NCBI GenBank assembly: GCA_043228905.1
Contig: JBHGNT010000020.1
Coordinates: 12,028,001-12,092,000 of the forward strand
Length of the DNA: 64,000 nucleotides
From: Azolla caroliniana
Taxonomy: Eukaryota > Plantae > Polypodiophyta
Direction of reading: 5' to 3'
The position numbers were made by a program, and so were the translations under genes. The notes under the pieces were generated by a model. It was given only the letters and a program-made list of their open reading frames with translations. It made no database searches and was not told where the DNA came from. Positions 62,346 through 64,000 of the stretch are shown one piece after another; positions within the stretch are counted from its first letter, which is position 1; every line of letters starts with the position of its first letter.

Positions 62346-64000
62346 AAATCTGCCATTGTAGTTGGACATTATGTAGTTTTATACGCACTAAAATTTCCAC
62401 TTGAATCGCGGTTTTACTTTTCATCGGCATTATACTTGAGAGAGTATATGGTCTTGGATTCCTAGTGATTGTGCTATGTTCAGAGGTCTAATCTTCTTTA
62501 GTTTGAATGGTCATCTCTAGTCTTTTAGTTTCTAACACTGAACTAAGCGATCACTGCTTAGCAAGTTGGTTTTTTTTATATTGCATCAAATGGAGGGCTG
62601 AATGCCACATCATATAGGGGGTAGCAAATGTATAACATTAGACCTTATTGATATGACTTACTATGGTTCATGGATGACATGACTCTTCTTATTATGGTTC
62701 CTATCATCAACAGGGCAAAACCAGTGAGATCTTCGGTGAGAGGAAAGCCCCAGAAAGAAGCCCATACTGTCTGGATACCCTCCTAAGGTGGAACCAGCAC
62801 TCTGTGAATGCCTAGTAGAATATGGGAAGGAGCCTATGCATTTCTCATGCCTGGGGTTGAATCAGTATAACTAAAAAGGCAAGCAATGTTTACCTGGGGT
62901 TTTATAAATCTAATCCACACTATCCTTTATGATACCAAGTGCTTACTGGACAATGCTGCATTTAGAATTCTTTCGATATTTTTTTCTCCTTTTTGTTTAA
63001 TTAGTGAAATAAGATGCATTACCATGAAAGGATGTGGTTTCTCAAAGGCACTGGCACCAGATGTTGGGAGTTCATACTGTGAACTTAATCAACAAGTGGA
63101 AGTCTCTACAAAACTCCTCACTTGAATATTCAGCATTTTGGTGTGGGAATATATGCCACTGCTATAGATGCTAACAACATTGTACACTGAAGTTAAGTTA
63201 TAAACATTCGTTGCAATGCAATACTTGCAAATCATCTATCTTGTAACTAAAAGGTAAATATTGTCTGAGCATCAATATCAAATATCTACTAACAAGTATG
63301 GATGATGTGAGGAAGAAAAGCGATGCCATAGGTTTTGTCCAGGCTATGCTGTGTACACCATGGGTTTAGTTGATTTCGAGGATAAATGGCTATGTGCAAC
63401 AAAGATGCAGGGTGCAAACCATATTGTTACTGAAGATAAGATCTCTTACAATGTGCAGAATAATGATGATTAAATGGTCGAGTGTGTAAATAAGCAATGT
63501 ATGAGGAGCATTATTTGATTAGCATTCATATTTGATGCTAAGGTGCTTGATGGGCATAGAGGATCATGGCTTGATTAGTGGCCATATTAGTTGACAAGGT
63601 TGTGTGAGCTAAGGCAAATTTTCTATAGCCTGACTAGTAGTGAAAGCCAGATCAAAGGGTTTAATATCAACATTGTTTGGCATTCAGAAAAGATGCACAT
63701 CCATGTGTACGTCCTAAGTTTTGTGGAGCTTTGGTCTCAATCTCTAATTAAGCTTGTACTCATAGCCATCAAACATCATTCAGAAAGAATCTATTGATTT
63801 TGTGTGTGGGTCATGAGAGAACAAATCAAAATCAAGTGGTTAGTTTACTTCACGGGTGGAAAATAAGCCCATTTTGGCAGAATATGTGTACGTGATGTGT
63901 TTGTTAAGTCCAATGAGGACGTGTAGACCTTCCAAGCCAAAATCAATGATAAAAGCTAAATATGGATTGTAAATCAAAGAGCTTTATGAATGGTACGATT

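Overview
This is eukaryotic land-plant nuclear DNA, probably from a non-seed plant such as a fern or lycophyte (inferred from the retroelement lineages). Most of the window is nested retrotransposons. These comprise two copies of an RTEX-like LINE, three L1 LINE remnants, a very young full-length Ty1/copia element (15467-20797), an older chromovirus (22304-36374) and a young tRNA-Trp-primed Ty3/gypsy element nested in it (25281-32263). There is also a non-autonomous relative of that gypsy element carrying an acidic His/Cys repeat ORF (54787-59851), and several solo LTRs. Two host genes are clear: a six-exon SnRK1 gamma/CBS-domain gene (KING1-like, 39487-43492) and an intronless PORR-domain gene (WTF1-like, 60771-62345). 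Two divergent small two-TM ORFs are candidate genes. The most notable observation is that three independent insertions of the TGTC(G/A)TGAAGA-ended gypsy family all have 4-bp, CpG-centred target-site duplications (GCGC, ACGC, ACGT, i.e. RCGY). The autonomous copy also has a slippery site and pseudoknot at its gag-pol junction. All coordinates and mismatch counts were read by eye and no database searches were run.
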